Source of the DNA: a virus
Taxonomy: Duplodnaviria; Caudoviricetes
IMG/VR virus record: IMGVR_UViG_3300017650_000161
Coordinates: 1 to 38,331 of that record
Strand: one strand, 5' to 3'
DNA: 38,331 bases
A program made the position numbers and the translations under genes. A model generated the notes under the pieces. That model was not told where the DNA came from. It saw only the letters and a program-made list of their open reading frames with translations, and ran no database searches. This document shows positions 7,460 through 17,414 of this stretch, one piece after another. Each line of letters starts with the position of its first letter. Position 1 is the stretch's first letter.

Positions 7460-8503
7460 TTACTCGTTCCCTTCGCCCGGAATGGTGTACGGCTTGAACC
7501 TGACCACCTCCTGGGCGAACCATTCGTTAATTTCCATGAACTTCGCCTGTAGTGGCTCCAGCTCGTTGCGCGCGAAAACCTTGGCCGCCGATATCGGCGT
7601 ACCAAAGCCGCCGGAGTTGGACGGCACCAGGCCCATCAACTGCGGAGGCACGCGGTGCGCGGCCAGCACATCATCCCGCGACACGTTCTTGATGTTGAAG
7701 AAATCATCGCGCGCGGCCACCTCGCTGACCGGAATGATCTGCAAACCGTCCTTCTTGCCGCCAGGCGCGTACACAAACAGGTTGCGGAAGTTGCCCGGCC
7801 CCTTGGCTTCTTTCATGGCCTTGCGGATGTCGGTCACATAGGTCTCATCCTGCAGCGGGTCCGTCACGTACATCACGAAACCCGCGTGGCTGCCGTTCAG
7901 GTAGTACTTGCGACGGAACAGCGTCGCGGACTCGTTGAGCCATGCCGAGTTGAGCGCAGCCAGGTACTCGGGCAGGCCATAGATTTCCTGGTTAATGTCC
8001 GGCTGCATCAGGTGGCACACCGTGCCGTCTTGAAACTGATGCTCCTGACCAGCACTGGGTATGAAGTAGTAGCGTCCCGGCTCCACGCCTCGCCGCGTGT
8101 ATTTCGCCAACGCGTGGCGCGTGCCCAGCAGCTTGCCCGTCACGCTGTCCAGACGCTCCGCGTAGGCGTTGCCGAACGTCAGGAAGTCCACGGCCATTTT
8201 TAGGCAGGTCTCGCGCCGGAATGCCGAATGCGGCTCAAGAGTGGACGCCAGAATGTTGGCCTTGAAGTAGATGGCCGAACTGTGGTGCGGGCTGGCCCGG
8301 AACGTCTTGGACAGGCCACCGAAGTGGACAGGCGGCTCATACCAGCGGCCATTACGCCAGCATTCTAGGTAGTCCAGGATTTCGCGCCGGTCCAGCACGG
8401 GCACGGGATCGCCGAAGGAAAACGCCTCGACCTGAGCGGGCGCAGCTGCCGGCTGCGTATCGGGCGCGGTAAAGCTGTCGCGCGGCTTGCGTTTGCGTGT
8501 CAT
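7460..8503 (-). CDS. Q: Portal protein (P2 gpQ family)
   Basis: EAFSFGDP, WYEPP, QEIYGLPEY, YYLNGSHAGF, GPGNFRNLF and AAHRVPPQLMG; the ATG overlaps the terminase stop (ATGA). Confidence 0.95.
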   Translation of the reverse strand: MTRKRKPRDSFTAPDTQPAAAPAQVEAFSFGDPVPVLDRREILDYLECWRNGRWYEPPVHFGGLSKTFRASPHHSSAIYFKANILASTLEPHSAFRRETCLKMAVDFLTFGNAYAERLDSVTGKLLGTRHALAKYTRRGVEPGRYYFIPSAGQEHQFQDGTVCHLMQPDINQEIYGLPEYLAALNSAWLNESATLFRRKYYLNGSHAGFVMYVTDPLQDETYVTDIRKAMKEAKGPGNFRNLFVYAPGGKKDGLQIIPVSEVAARDDFFNIKNVSRDDVLAAHRVPPQLMGLVPSNSGGFGTPISAAKVFARNELEPLQAKFMEINEWFAQEVVRFKPYTIPGEGNE

Positions 8504-10254
8504 CCAAATAGCTCCATAAAGCCTTTGCCGGCGCCGGCGGCGCCTTCCAATGGTTCCCAATCCAGCGCGTGCATGAGCGCCCAGGCCAGGTCCGCGTGTC
8601 CCGTCTCACTCGCGCGGCCGGCGTCATAGGTGACGCTGCGGCCGCTGGCGGTCATCGTCTTTCGTATCGCCATCATGGATTGCGCCAAGTCCGTTGCTCC
8701 GGCGTCGAACTCCAGCCGCTTGTTGCGGATTACGTCGCCTGCTTTGAGCACCAAGCGGCCCTTGACCTCGGGCGAATAGCTGTAGGCCCGCGCGGTCGGG
8801 AAAAACTGTTTGACCAACTGGTAAACGCCCTGGCCCATGCCGGTCGCGTCAATGCCGATGTATGCCACTGCATACCGCTCTGTGATTTCCTTGATCTTCT
8901 TGGCCTGCGCCGCAAAGTCCATCCCGCGAAACTGATGATGTTCCAACACGCGAAACTTGCCGCCAGGCGTGCGCGGCGCGGCGAGCACCACGCAGCCGGC
9001 CGAATCCCCGGTAAGCGATGGGTCATAGCCCACCAGCACCGGGTAATGCCCATACGGGCGAAGCAAGAACTTCTGCACATCGACCCACTCAACCATCGCA
9101 TCGACCATGCAGCCCTGCAGCATGGCCAGCGGGAAGATGGACGCCGTATCGTCAATGAACCCGCACATGAGCAGGTTCTCGAACTGATCCTGGCTGTACT
9201 CAAGGCGCAGCTCTTCGATATCAAAGAGATTGCAACCCCCGGCCTCTGCATCCAGGATGGTGACAATCTGCCGCCAAATTCGATCGTCGCATCGGTGGCC
9301 GTTTTTCAGGATCGAATGCGCCAGCTCGATGGCGACCTGATCGCGCTTGGCGCGCCGCTTGTTGAATACCTCGCCCGTCCATAGGGGGTAGGCTTCGTGC
9401 GCCATGCTCGACGGCGTGGAGAAATATGTCTTGCGCCACTGCTTATGCAGCGCCATGCCGCTGGCCACCTTGTTCAGCTCGCCGAACTTGGGCACCCAAA
9501 AGAATTCATCAAAGTAAAAGTTGCCGTGGTAGCTCTGCGCAGTCCGCGCATTCGTGCCCAGAAAATACAGATGCGCGCCGTTGGGCAAAACAATGGGATC
9601 GCCTCTCAAGTCCAAGTCCGCGGCTTCGCGCGCGAACTGGATGATGTACTGCTTGAAGACGTGCGCCTGCGCCTTCGAGGCGGATAGAAAAATCTGATTC
9701 CGGCCTGTCTCAATCGCATCAATCAGGGCTTCGCGGGCGAAATACCACGTTGCGCCGATCTGCCGAGACTTGAGGATCATTCGCGTACGCTGATCCCCGT
9801 TGCGCAGCCAGACCTTCTGATAATCGAAGAGAGAATCGCGGAACACCTGCGAAAGCTTGGCGGTCTGGTCATCGCTGATCGCGTTGCGCTCCGGCTTGCG
9901 CTTAGGCCCAGCGTTGCGGCGCTCGATGTTGGGGTTGAGGGTAGATTCACGCCCGTCATCGTCGTACTTGCGCACACGCGCGGTCTTCTCCAACTGCCGG
10001 CCCAGCAGGTCTATTTCCTTAAAGTCGCGGCCGTCCTTTTCCGTCTTGGCGATGAGCGTACATAGGCGCGCCTCCAGCGCCGATTCCACACGTTCAACGG
10101 GAGAAGCTGCGTCCCATCCATCGCGGGTCTTCCAGCTATGCACCGTCGTGCGCTTTTCGCCTAAGTGGCGCGCGATAGACGAGATGCGCCAGCCCTGCCA
10201 GTAGAGGTCACGGGCAACGCGGCGCGGGTCGATATGGTCGGTTGATTGCAACAT
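8500..10254 (-). CDS. P: Terminase ATPase subunit (P2 gpP)
   Basis: LYWQGW N-terminus, LKSRQIGATWYFAREA, FLSASKAQA, YFDEFFW, GYDPS and HADLAWALMHAL. Confidence 0.95.
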   Translation of the reverse strand: MLQSTDHIDPRRVARDLYWQGWRISSIARHLGEKRTTVHSWKTRDGWDAASPVERVESALEARLCTLIAKTEKDGRDFKEIDLLGRQLEKTARVRKYDDDGRESTLNPNIERRNAGPKRKPERNAISDDQTAKLSQVFRDSLFDYQKVWLRNGDQRTRMILKSRQIGATWYFAREALIDAIETGRNQIFLSASKAQAHVFKQYIIQFAREAADLDLRGDPIVLPNGAHLYFLGTNARTAQSYHGNFYFDEFFWVPKFGELNKVASGMALHKQWRKTYFSTPSSMAHEAYPLWTGEVFNKRRAKRDQVAIELAHSILKNGHRCDDRIWRQIVTILDAEAGGCNLFDIEELRLEYSQDQFENLLMCGFIDDTASIFPLAMLQGCMVDAMVEWVDVQKFLLRPYGHYPVLVGYDPSLTGDSAGCVVLAAPRTPGGKFRVLEHHQFRGMDFAAQAKKIKEITERYAVAYIGIDATGMGQGVYQLVKQFFPTARAYSYSPEVKGRLVLKAGDVIRNKRLEFDAGATDLAQSMMAIRKTMTASGRSVTYDAGRASETGHADLAWALMHALDWEPLEGAAGAGKGFMELFG

Positions 10255-10277
10255 GCCGCCATCCTGCCGGGGTTCTC

Positions 10278-10320
10278 CGCGCGCGCGTGAGGCTGGGACT
10301 TCTGGAAGGCTCTTGCACAG
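10278..10320. promoter_or_regulatory. Divergent late promoter region (P/O), Ogr-type site
   Basis: The minus strand reads CTGT-N13-AGA followed by CGCGCGCGCG, the same layout as upstream of V and FI. Confidence 0.5.
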
Positions 10321-10395
10321 GCTTAACGCGTTGAGCGGCGCGTCTGTCGGGGCCAGTATGGCAACACCCGAACACCCCCCACCGAGCACACCCTT

Positions 10396-11271
10396 ATGGA
10401 TAAATCCCGCTGGTTTACCGTGGCCACCGAAGGCCAGACCACCGATGGCCGCAACATCCTGCGCGCCTGGTTGGAGCAAATCGCCGAGACCTACAAACGC
10501 GAAACCTACGGCGCCCGCATCTGGATGGAGCACATTCGCGGCCTTGTTCCCGAAAGCCCCTTCAAGGCTTACGGCGACGTGCTGGCGGTCCGAACGCAGG
10601 AAAACAGCGCCGGCAAGCTGGAGCTGCAGGCGCAGCTCGATCCCACGCCCGAGCTGGTGGCCATGACCAAGGGCCGCCAGAAAATCTACACGTCCATCGA
10701 GCTGCAGGAGGATTTCGCCGGGACGGGCAAGTGCGGCCTTATCGGCTTGGGCGTCACCGACAGCCCGGCCAGCCTGGGCACGAGCATTCTGGAATTCGCG
10801 GCCAAGAACCCCGCCGCCAACCCGCTCGCCTCGCGCAAGCAGTCCCCCAACAACCTTTTCAGCAGCGCGCTGGAAACTGCGTTGAACTTCGACACCGATC
10901 CCAAAGCGTCCGACGAGGCCGCGTCCGCATTCCAGGCCATCGGCGCATTCTTCCGCACGCTGCTGCCGGGCCAATCGCAGCCGGCGCAGCAACAGGCATC
11001 CCCGCAGCCCGCGCCTGCCGCATTCTCTGCGGGCGATGTGGATAGCGCGGTGCGCGCCTTTGCCGCGCTCGAAAAGGCCTTCAAACAGACGACAGATAGC
11101 CTGGCGCAATCGGTCTCGCAGCTCACGACGGAAGTGCAGGAGTTCAAGAAGTCTGCGGCGAGTGCCAAAGACCTCGCGGACCTGCGCGCGGACCTGGACA
11201 AGACCCCCGCCAACTTCACCAATCGGCCGCAGGCCTCCGGCGGCGCCGACCGCGTACAGACCGACTGCTAA
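10396..11271 (+). CDS. O: Capsid scaffolding protein/protease (P2 gpO)
   Basis: F.VATEGQTTDGR, RIWMEH, QKIYTSIE, GLGVTDSPASLGT and a C-terminal TDC. Confidence 0.95.
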   Translation: MDKSRWFTVATEGQTTDGRNILRAWLEQIAETYKRETYGARIWMEHIRGLVPESPFKAYGDVLAVRTQENSAGKLELQAQLDPTPELVAMTKGRQKIYTSIELQEDFAGTGKCGLIGLGVTDSPASLGTSILEFAAKNPAANPLASRKQSPNNLFSSALETALNFDTDPKASDEAASAFQAIGAFFRTLLPGQSQPAQQQASPQPAPAAFSAGDVDSAVRAFAALEKAFKQTTDSLAQSVSQLTTEVQEFKKSAASAKDLADLRADLDKTPANFTNRPQASGGADRVQTDC

Positions 11272-11317
11272 CGCGCGCCAACTCCACACCCATCATCCCA
11301 TTCACTGGATACCTGAC

Positions 11318-12325
11318 ATGCGCAACGAAACCCGCCAGCATTTCAACGCCTACCTGGAACGCATCGCCACGCTCAACGGCGTGACGGACGCAACCAAAGC
11401 CTTCAACGTCGTGCCCGCCGTGCAGCAGACCCTCGAAACCAAGATTCAGGAAAGCTCCGCGTTTCTAGGCAAGGTCAACATGATCGGCGTCACGGAACAG
11501 CAAGGCGAAAGGCTGGGCCTGAACCTGTCCGGTCCCATCGCGTCCCGCACCAACACCCAAGAGCGCGACCGTGCGCCGCGTGACCTGACCTCGCTTGACC
11601 AGAACGGCTACTACTGCCGACATACGGACTTCGACTCGTTCATCAAGTACGCGCAGCTCGACGCCTGGGCGATCTTCCCCGATTTCGAGGCCCGCATTCG
11701 TGACCTGCTGATCCAGCGCCAGGCGCTGGACCGGATCATGATCGGATTCAACGGTACGAGCGTTGCCGCCAACACCGACCCAGCAACCAACACGCTGCTT
11801 CAGGACGTGAACAAGGGCTGGCTGCAGAAGATGCGCGAGAGCGCCGAAGAGCGCGTTATGGCCGAGGGCAAGACGGCCGGCAAGGTACAAGTGGGCGCCA
11901 CTGGCGATTACAAGAACCTGGACGCGCTGGTGTACGACGCCGTCACGCTGCTGGACCCGTGGCACCGCGAAAACTCCCAGCTCGTCGCCATCGTGGGCCG
12001 GGGCCTGATGCACGATAAGTACTTCCCGCTGGTCAACCAGGACACCCGCGCTACCGACACGCTCGCCGCTGACCTCATCATCAGCCAGAAGCGCATCGGC
12101 GGCCTGGCGGCGGTGCAGGCGCCGTTCTTCCCTGAGAAAAAGGTACTCATCACCACGCTGGATAACCTTTCCCTGTACTGGCAAATCGGCGCGCGCCGCC
12201 GCCACGTCGAGGAAAACGCCAAGCGCAGCCGGGTGGACACCTACGAAAGCTCCAATGACGATTACGTCGTCGAGGACATGGGCCTGGCCGCGCTGGTGGA
12301 AAACATCGAGCTGGTGGAGGCCTGA
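11318..12325 (+). CDS. N: Major capsid protein (P2 gpN)
   Basis: MRNETRQHF start, QESSAFL, LDAWA, ALDRIMIGFNG, LQDVNKGWLQ and YESSNDDYVVED. Confidence 0.96.
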   Translation: MRNETRQHFNAYLERIATLNGVTDATKAFNVVPAVQQTLETKIQESSAFLGKVNMIGVTEQQGERLGLNLSGPIASRTNTQERDRAPRDLTSLDQNGYYCRHTDFDSFIKYAQLDAWAIFPDFEARIRDLLIQRQALDRIMIGFNGTSVAANTDPATNTLLQDVNKGWLQKMRESAEERVMAEGKTAGKVQVGATGDYKNLDALVYDAVTLLDPWHRENSQLVAIVGRGLMHDKYFPLVNQDTRATDTLAADLIISQKRIGGLAAVQAPFFPEKKVLITTLDNLSLYWQIGARRRHVEENAKRSRVDTYESSNDDYVVEDMGLAALVENIELVEA

Positions 12326-12327
12326 CC

Positions 12328-13023
12328 ATGACCAGCCCCGCACAACGCCACCGCACGCGGGTGCTGGCCTCCAAGGCGAGCGCGGCCGATGGCACCGCGC
12401 CCGCCATGGTGGGCGGCATCTTCGGCCAGATGATGGCCAAGCTGACCCAGGACCGGCGCCGCCTGCACGATATCCAATCCGTGGAGCGCAAGGTTGAACT
12501 CAAGCGCCAGCTGGTTCCGGAGTATCAGGACTATCTCGATGGCGTCCTGAGCGGCAACACCGGGCAGCCGAACGAAGTGCTGGCCACGCTGATGGTTTGG
12601 CACTTCGACGTGGGCGCCTTCGCGCGCGGCCTGGAACTGGCCGATTACGTGCTGCGTCATGGTGTGCCGTTGCCTGAACGCCTGAAGCGCAACACGGCCA
12701 CGCTACTGCTGGACGAAGTGGCAGGAGCGATTGCCGGCGGCGCCGTGCCCAAACACGACGAGGCGATGCTGCTACTGCAGGACGTCGCGCGCCTGGTCGA
12801 TGGCCAGGACGCGCCGGATCAGGCCCGCGCCAAGCTTCACTTGGCCATCGGCAAGACCCTGGGCGAGCTAGCGGGCGATGAGCCGCGCGGCCCGAACCTG
12901 GAAATGGCGCGCTCCGCAGTCGCGCAGCTGCGCCGCGCAGTGGACCTGCACAGCGGCGTGGGCTGCAAGAAGCTCATCGAGCAGCTGGAACGCAAGATCA
13001 AGAACGCCGGCCAGGCCGGCTAA
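12328..13023 (+). CDS. M: Terminase endonuclease/small subunit (P2 gpM)
   Basis: MTSPAQRH, IQSVERK, PDQARAKL and GCKKLIEQLER; follows the capsid gene. Confidence 0.92.
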   Translation: MTSPAQRHRTRVLASKASAADGTAPAMVGGIFGQMMAKLTQDRRRLHDIQSVERKVELKRQLVPEYQDYLDGVLSGNTGQPNEVLATLMVWHFDVGAFARGLELADYVLRHGVPLPERLKRNTATLLLDEVAGAIAGGAVPKHDEAMLLLQDVARLVDGQDAPDQARAKLHLAIGKTLGELAGDEPRGPNLEMARSAVAQLRRAVDLHSGVGCKKLIEQLERKIKNAGQAG

Positions 13024-13115
13024 CAGAGTGCCCCAAAGCGCACGGCGGCGCGGGCGGAAGGCTGGTCCCTGACCTGCTGGATGCCCGCCCACCGCCGACC
13101 TAAAGAGCCGTCACC

Positions 13116-13586
13116 ATGAGCTTTATCGCCGCTGCCCCCGCAACCCGCACAGTCCCGCCGCAGGTCATCGCCAACGATGGATTCTTCCCGGACATCCAAC
13201 TGGACGCCGCCCGCCAGGCATTGCGCCTTGATGGCACCGTGACCGATGAGCGCCTGCGCTTCGCCCTGGTGGGCGCGCTGCTGGAGGCGGGCAACAGCTT
13301 GGCCGCGTGGAAGGCCGCGCAACTGGCGCGCGGTCATGCGCAATTGGCCGACGTGCCGGCGGACAAGCTGGATGGAAAAAGCCGTTTGCAGCATGCCTAC
13401 ACCCGGGCCGTCTACAGCTTGGCCAAGGCGGACCTCATCGAGCGCATGACCGACTACGACACCACGGCCACCGGCCAGAAGCGCGCCGAGTGGCTGAGCG
13501 AGGCATCCGACGATCACCGCCGCAATGCTCGCTTTGCCATCGCCGACGTAATGGCCGCGCCGCGCGCCGTCGTGGAGCTGATCTGA
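13116..13586 (+). CDS. L: Head completion/stabilisation protein (P2 gpL)
   Basis: NDGFFPDI, RLDGTVTDERL, DYDTT and VELI end. Confidence 0.9.
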   Translation: MSFIAAAPATRTVPPQVIANDGFFPDIQLDAARQALRLDGTVTDERLRFALVGALLEAGNSLAAWKAAQLARGHAQLADVPADKLDGKSRLQHAYTRAVYSLAKADLIERMTDYDTTATGQKRAEWLSEASDDHRRNARFAIADVMAAPRAVVELI

Positions 13587-13792
13587 TGCGGGTCCGCGCG
13601 CTTCAGGGCGACACGGTGGACGCGCTGTGCTGGCGGCACCTGGGCACGACACGCGATGTGGTGGAACAAACGTACGAACTCAACCCCGGTCTGGCCGACC
13701 TGGGCGCAGTGCTGCCGCATGGTCAAGTCGTGACGCTGCCGGACAGCACCCCTCAACCATCGGCGGCGCCTGCCGTCAAACTCTGGGATTGA
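13586..13792 (+). CDS. X: Tail protein X (P2 gpX)
   Basis: MRVRALQGDTVDALCWRH...NPGLA...VKLWD. Confidence 0.92.
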   Translation: MRVRALQGDTVDALCWRHLGTTRDVVEQTYELNPGLADLGAVLPHGQVVTLPDSTPQPSAAPAVKLWD

Positions 13793-13796
13793 TCCA

Positions 13797-14159
13797 ATGG
13801 CCGAACCATCGACCGTATCGACCGCCGTGGCCACCACGCTGGTGGCGGGCACGGCTTTGTCGCAAATTTTGCCCCTGATCGACGCCAACGCGGCTTTTGG
13901 CGCGGTCATGGGCGCGGCCCTGGTCGCAAGTACCAAGAAGGATTTGACCGCCTGGAAGCGCTTCGCGTCCTTCCTTGTGTCCGGCCTGTGCGGCTACGGC
14001 GGCGCGGGCGAGATCGTGGCCCGCGAGCTGGCCAAGGAAACCTTTCTGCCCGCCCTCGTCGGGGCCGTCGTCATCGTGCCGCTGGCGTTGAAGCTGCTGG
14101 CCAAGGCGCCGGACTTTGACCTGAGCGCCATTTCTCGCGCCTTTGGGGAAAAGAAATGA
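13797..14159 (+). CDS. Putative holin/antiholin membrane protein
   Basis: Several hydrophobic segments and a basic C-terminus; first gene of the lysis cassette. Confidence 0.7.
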   Translation: MAEPSTVSTAVATTLVAGTALSQILPLIDANAAFGAVMGAALVASTKKDLTAWKRFASFLVSGLCGYGGAGEIVARELAKETFLPALVGAVVIVPLALKLLAKAPDFDLSAISRAFGEKK

Positions 14160-14455
14160 CCGACATGCACCCTACCCCTACCCTGTCCGCCATCGCCGTC
14201 GCCTGCGCCATTCTGTACGCCCTGACGGCTGGCCGGTTCCTCTGGTACCGCCCCAATGGCGCACGCCATCGCCGCGCGCTGTCGTGCCTGGCCAGCACGT
14301 TGATTGCTGCGCTCTTCTGCCGCGCGGTGGAGATCCTGCTGCTGCGCTCGCCCGCCAGCGCTTCGGAGCTGGTCATTGCGTGCCTGCTTTGCGCATGCGC
14401 TTGGCGTGCGCGCGGCAATATCGCGGCGCTCGCACGGGGAGAGTCGGATGTCTGA
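14156..14455 (+). CDS. Phage holin family protein
   Basis: Three hydrophobic segments, YRPNGARHR and RARGNIA motifs; directly upstream of the endolysin. Confidence 0.75.
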   Translation: MTDMHPTPTLSAIAVACAILYALTAGRFLWYRPNGARHRRALSCLASTLIAALFCRAVEILLLRSPASASELVIACLLCACAWRARGNIAALARGESDV

Positions 14456-15254
14456 CATTTTGCGCAAGGGTGATATCGGCCAGGCCGTGGCCGATCTGCA
14501 GGCCGATTTGCGCCGCGCGGGCTATGCGGTAGAGCGCACCGCGATCTATGACGAAGCCACGCGCGACGCTGTGGCCGCGCTCCAGGCGGCTACCGGCCTG
14601 GTCGTGGATAGCGCGTACGGGCCGAAAAGCCGCGCAGCACTCGCGAACTTCGACACGTCGCGCCTAATGCGCGAATCCGACCTGATCGCGGCCGCCGACC
14701 GCTTGGGCGTGCCGCTGGCGAGCATCAAGGCCGTGAACGAAGTGGAATCGCGCGGGCGCGGCTTTCTGCCCGATGGCCGGCCGGTCATTCTGTTTGAGCG
14801 TCATGTCTTCTGGCGGCAACTGACAGCTCACGGCCTGGACCCTTCCGGATACGGCGATCGCCCATCCGTCTTGAGCCGCCAGCGCGGCGGGTATGCCGGC
14901 GGCGCGGCCGAGTATGTCCGCTTGGCGAGCGCCATGCAGATTCACGCTGCCGCTGCCCAGGAGGCGGCGAGCTGGGGCGCGTTTCAAATTATGGGTTATC
15001 ACTGGAGCGCGCTGGGCTTCGCGGATATCGAATCCTTCGTTGCCACCCAGCACCGTAGCGAGGGCGACCAGCTCGCAACCTTCACCGCTTTCGTGCTGGC
15101 CGACCCCGCCCTACACCGTGCGCTCAAGGCCAGGAAGTGGGCGCAGTTCGCGCGCCTCTACAACGGGCCGGCATACGCGGAAAACTTCTATGACACCAAG
15201 CTGGCGCGGGCCTATGCGCGCTTCGCTGGCGAAGCGGCAGAGGTGACCACATGA
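14448..15254 (+). CDS. Endolysin: peptidoglycan-binding domain plus N-acetylmuramidase (DUF3380 type)
   Basis: LRKGDIG..VADLQ PG-binding motif; AVNEVESRG, ILFERH, SWGAFQIMG and FARLYNGPAY. Confidence 0.92.
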   Translation: MSDILRKGDIGQAVADLQADLRRAGYAVERTAIYDEATRDAVAALQAATGLVVDSAYGPKSRAALANFDTSRLMRESDLIAAADRLGVPLASIKAVNEVESRGRGFLPDGRPVILFERHVFWRQLTAHGLDPSGYGDRPSVLSRQRGGYAGGAAEYVRLASAMQIHAAAAQEAASWGAFQIMGYHWSALGFADIESFVATQHRSEGDQLATFTAFVLADPALHRALKARKWAQFARLYNGPAYAENFYDTKLARAYARFAGEAAEVTT

Positions 15255-15697
15255 GCGCCCTTCTCCGCACTCTGGCGCCCTACGGCCTTTCCCTGGTGCT
15301 GGCTGCGCTCATGTGGTTTCAACACGGCCAGATTGCGAGCCAGGATCTTGCCCTGAAAGCCTATGGCGAAATCGCCAAGAGCCAAGCCAGCGACATGGCC
15401 AACCTGGCCGAGCGCGTGACGGGCCAGCGGCTCGACCTGGTGCAACTGGAACGCACGCAAGAGGAAATCCGCAACGCGCTGGATCAGCGCACGTTCGACA
15501 TAGAAAGGCTGAAAAATGAAAATCCGGAAGTTCGCACCTGGGCCGATTCTCTGCTGCCTGATCCTGTTGCAAGGCTGCGCGAGCGCCCCGCCCTCACCGG
15601 GGCCGCGGCTTACGCTGAATACGTGCGCACCCGTGACGCCGTGCAGCCTACCAGCGGCGGCGCCACGCACAGCCGGCGATCTGACGCTGCAGATTGA
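15251..15697 (+). CDS. lysB: Inner-membrane spanin (LysB/Rz-like)
   Basis: N-terminal TM segment, coiled coil and ENPEVRTWAD..LP motif. Confidence 0.85.
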   Translation: MSALLRTLAPYGLSLVLAALMWFQHGQIASQDLALKAYGEIAKSQASDMANLAERVTGQRLDLVQLERTQEEIRNALDQRTFDIERLKNENPEVRTWADSLLPDPVARLRERPALTGAAAYAEYVRTRDAVQPTSGGATHSRRSDAAD

Positions 15698-15788
15698 CCG
15701 CATTGAGGCCGCCTGGGCTATCTGCGCGGCCAAGGTGGACAGCATCATCAAGTGCCAAAGCGAGGCCGACCGTGCGCAAAGCCAATGA
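15516..15788 (+). CDS. lysC: Outer-membrane spanin lipoprotein (LysC/Rz1-like)
   Basis: Lipobox LQGC, CAPVTPCSLP and WAICAAKVDSIIKCQ; overlaps lysB. Confidence 0.85.
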   Translation: MKIRKFAPGPILCCLILLQGCASAPPSPGPRLTLNTCAPVTPCSLPAAAPRTAGDLTLQIDRIEAAWAICAAKVDSIIKCQSEADRAQSQ

Positions 15789-16275
15789 ACTGCGCGAGTA
15801 CCTGACCAGGCACAACCGCTTTCTCAGCGAGAACCCGGACCGCCTGCATGTCTTCGTGGAACAGGGCAGCATCCATTGCACCGCCACGCGCAGCCTGTCT
15901 CACGAATACCGCTTCACCCTCACCATCGTGGTGACGGACTACGCCGGTCCGCCGGACGCGCTCATGCTGCCGCTGCTGGCCTGGATTCGGATCAAGCAGC
16001 CGGAATTGCTGGCCAACCCGACGCGGCGCGAGAACGCCATCAGCTTCGACGTGGAACTGCTAAATCACGACGCCGCCGATGTGGAAATCAAGATACCGCT
16101 TACCGAGCGCGTGATTGTGCGCAAGGCGCCCGAAGGCGAAGGGATGATTGCCGATCACGCGGACGAGCCGCTGGACCCCGATCTACCGCTTGATTCCGAG
16201 GAAATCACGATAGAGCTTCCGGGCACCGACCCCATCACGATCAGCGTACCGGCATGGCCACATCCGTATGAATGA
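15772..16275 (+). CDS. R: Tail completion protein (P2 gpR)
   Basis: GTG start MRKANELR; NPDRLHVFVEQG, LLAWIRIKQPEL and LTERV. Confidence 0.88.
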   Translation: MRKANELREYLTRHNRFLSENPDRLHVFVEQGSIHCTATRSLSHEYRFTLTIVVTDYAGPPDALMLPLLAWIRIKQPELLANPTRRENAISFDVELLNHDAADVEIKIPLTERVIVRKAPEGEGMIADHADEPLDPDLPLDSEEITIELPGTDPITISVPAWPHPYE

Positions 16276-16732
16276 AGATTTCAGCGACGTGCAGGCCTGG
16301 GCGTCTGCCCTGATGGCCCAACTGCGCCCAGCAGAACGCCGGCGCGTAAATCGAGCCGTCGCGGTGGAGCTGCGCCGTAGCCAAGGCCAACGAATTGCGG
16401 CGCAACAGAACCCAGACGGCACGCCCTACGCACCCCGACGCGCTAAGAAGAACCTGCGCGGGAAGGTGGGCGCCATTCGCCGCCGGATGTTCACCCGCTT
16501 GCGCACGGCGCGCTATCTTCGCATCCAGGCGAGCGAGACTGAGGCCATTGTTGGCTACAGCGGCGCCGTCGCCCGTATTGCGCTTGTTCACCAGGAAGGA
16601 CGCACAGACCGACCTGCGCCCGGTCAAAAGCAAGTGCGATACCCGCGCCGCAAACTCTTTGGCTTCACGCAGCAAGAACGCGACAACGTGTTAGACACCC
16701 TGGCACGACACCTCGCAGGCCACGGCCTGTAG
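16268..16732 (+). CDS. S: Virion morphogenesis/tail completion protein (P2 gpS)
   Basis: RIAAQQNPDGTPYAPR, RIALVHQEG and YPRRKLFGF. Confidence 0.92.
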   Translation: MNEDFSDVQAWASALMAQLRPAERRRVNRAVAVELRRSQGQRIAAQQNPDGTPYAPRRAKKNLRGKVGAIRRRMFTRLRTARYLRIQASETEAIVGYSGAVARIALVHQEGRTDRPAPGQKQVRYPRRKLFGFTQQERDNVLDTLARHLAGHGL

Positions 16733-16768
16733 ATAGCCGTCATACAAGGCGCGCCCCGTGCGCGCGCG
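16727..16768 (+). promoter_or_regulatory. Late promoter upstream of V (Ogr-type site)
   Basis: CTGTAG-N9-ATACAA followed by CCCGTGCGCGCGCG; near copy of 21183..21224. Confidence 0.7.
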
Positions 16769-16793
16769 AAGACGGCCCGGCAACATGGCCGGT

Positions 16794-17414
16794 ATGAATG
16801 ACGCCGCCGAACTCTTCCGCCTGATTTCCAACCTGATCCGCATTGGCACGGTTATGGCCGTTGACCTTAAGCCGGCTCGGGTCCGCGTTTCCTCTGGCGA
16901 CCTTGCAACCAACTGGCTGCCGTGGCTGGAGCTGCGCGCAGGCCGCACCCGCACATGGAACCCGCCCACCGTGGGCGAGCAGGTTCTAGTCCTCTGCCCA
17001 GACGGCGATCCCGCCGGCGGTGTCGTGCTCACGGGCCTGAACTCTGACGAAATACCCACGCCCTCTGACAGCGAAGCCGAACACGTCACCGACTACCCCG
17101 ACGGCGCGCGCATCACCTATGACCACCAGGCCGGCAAGCTGACAGCCGTGGGGATTAAATCCGCGTTCGTTGAGGCCAGCGATTCGGCCACTGTCCATTG
17201 CCCGGAGATCACCCTTGACGGCAATGTGACCGTCACAGGCCTTTTGACGTATCAGGCTGGCATGGCGGGCAAGAACGGCAAGGGCAACAAGACCACCATT
17301 GAAGGCGACATCACCCACATAGCCGGCGAGCTTTCCTCTAACGGCGTGGTGCTTCACACCCACAAGCACCGCACGCAAGCCCTGGACGCACTCACGACGG
17401 AACCCACGCAATGA
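16794..17414 (+). CDS. V: Baseplate spike protein (P2 gpV)
   Basis: RLISNLIRIGTV, WLPW, PTVGEQV, YPDGA and HTHKH metal-binding tip; the start could be 16785. Confidence 0.92.
   Translation: MNDAAELFRLISNLIRIGTVMAVDLKPARVRVSSGDLATNWLPWLELRAGRTRTWNPPTVGEQVLVLCPDGDPAGGVVLTGLNSDEIPTPSDSEAEHVTDYPDGARITYDHQAGKLTAVGIKSAFVEASDSATVHCPEITLDGNVTVTGLLTYQAGMAGKNGKGNKTTIEGDITHIAGELSSNGVVLHTHKHRTQALDALTTEPTQ

Noticed and set aside
10255-11289. 929-aa extended terminase
   Set aside because: The N-terminal 345 codons are antisense to gpO; gpP similarity starts at 10254.
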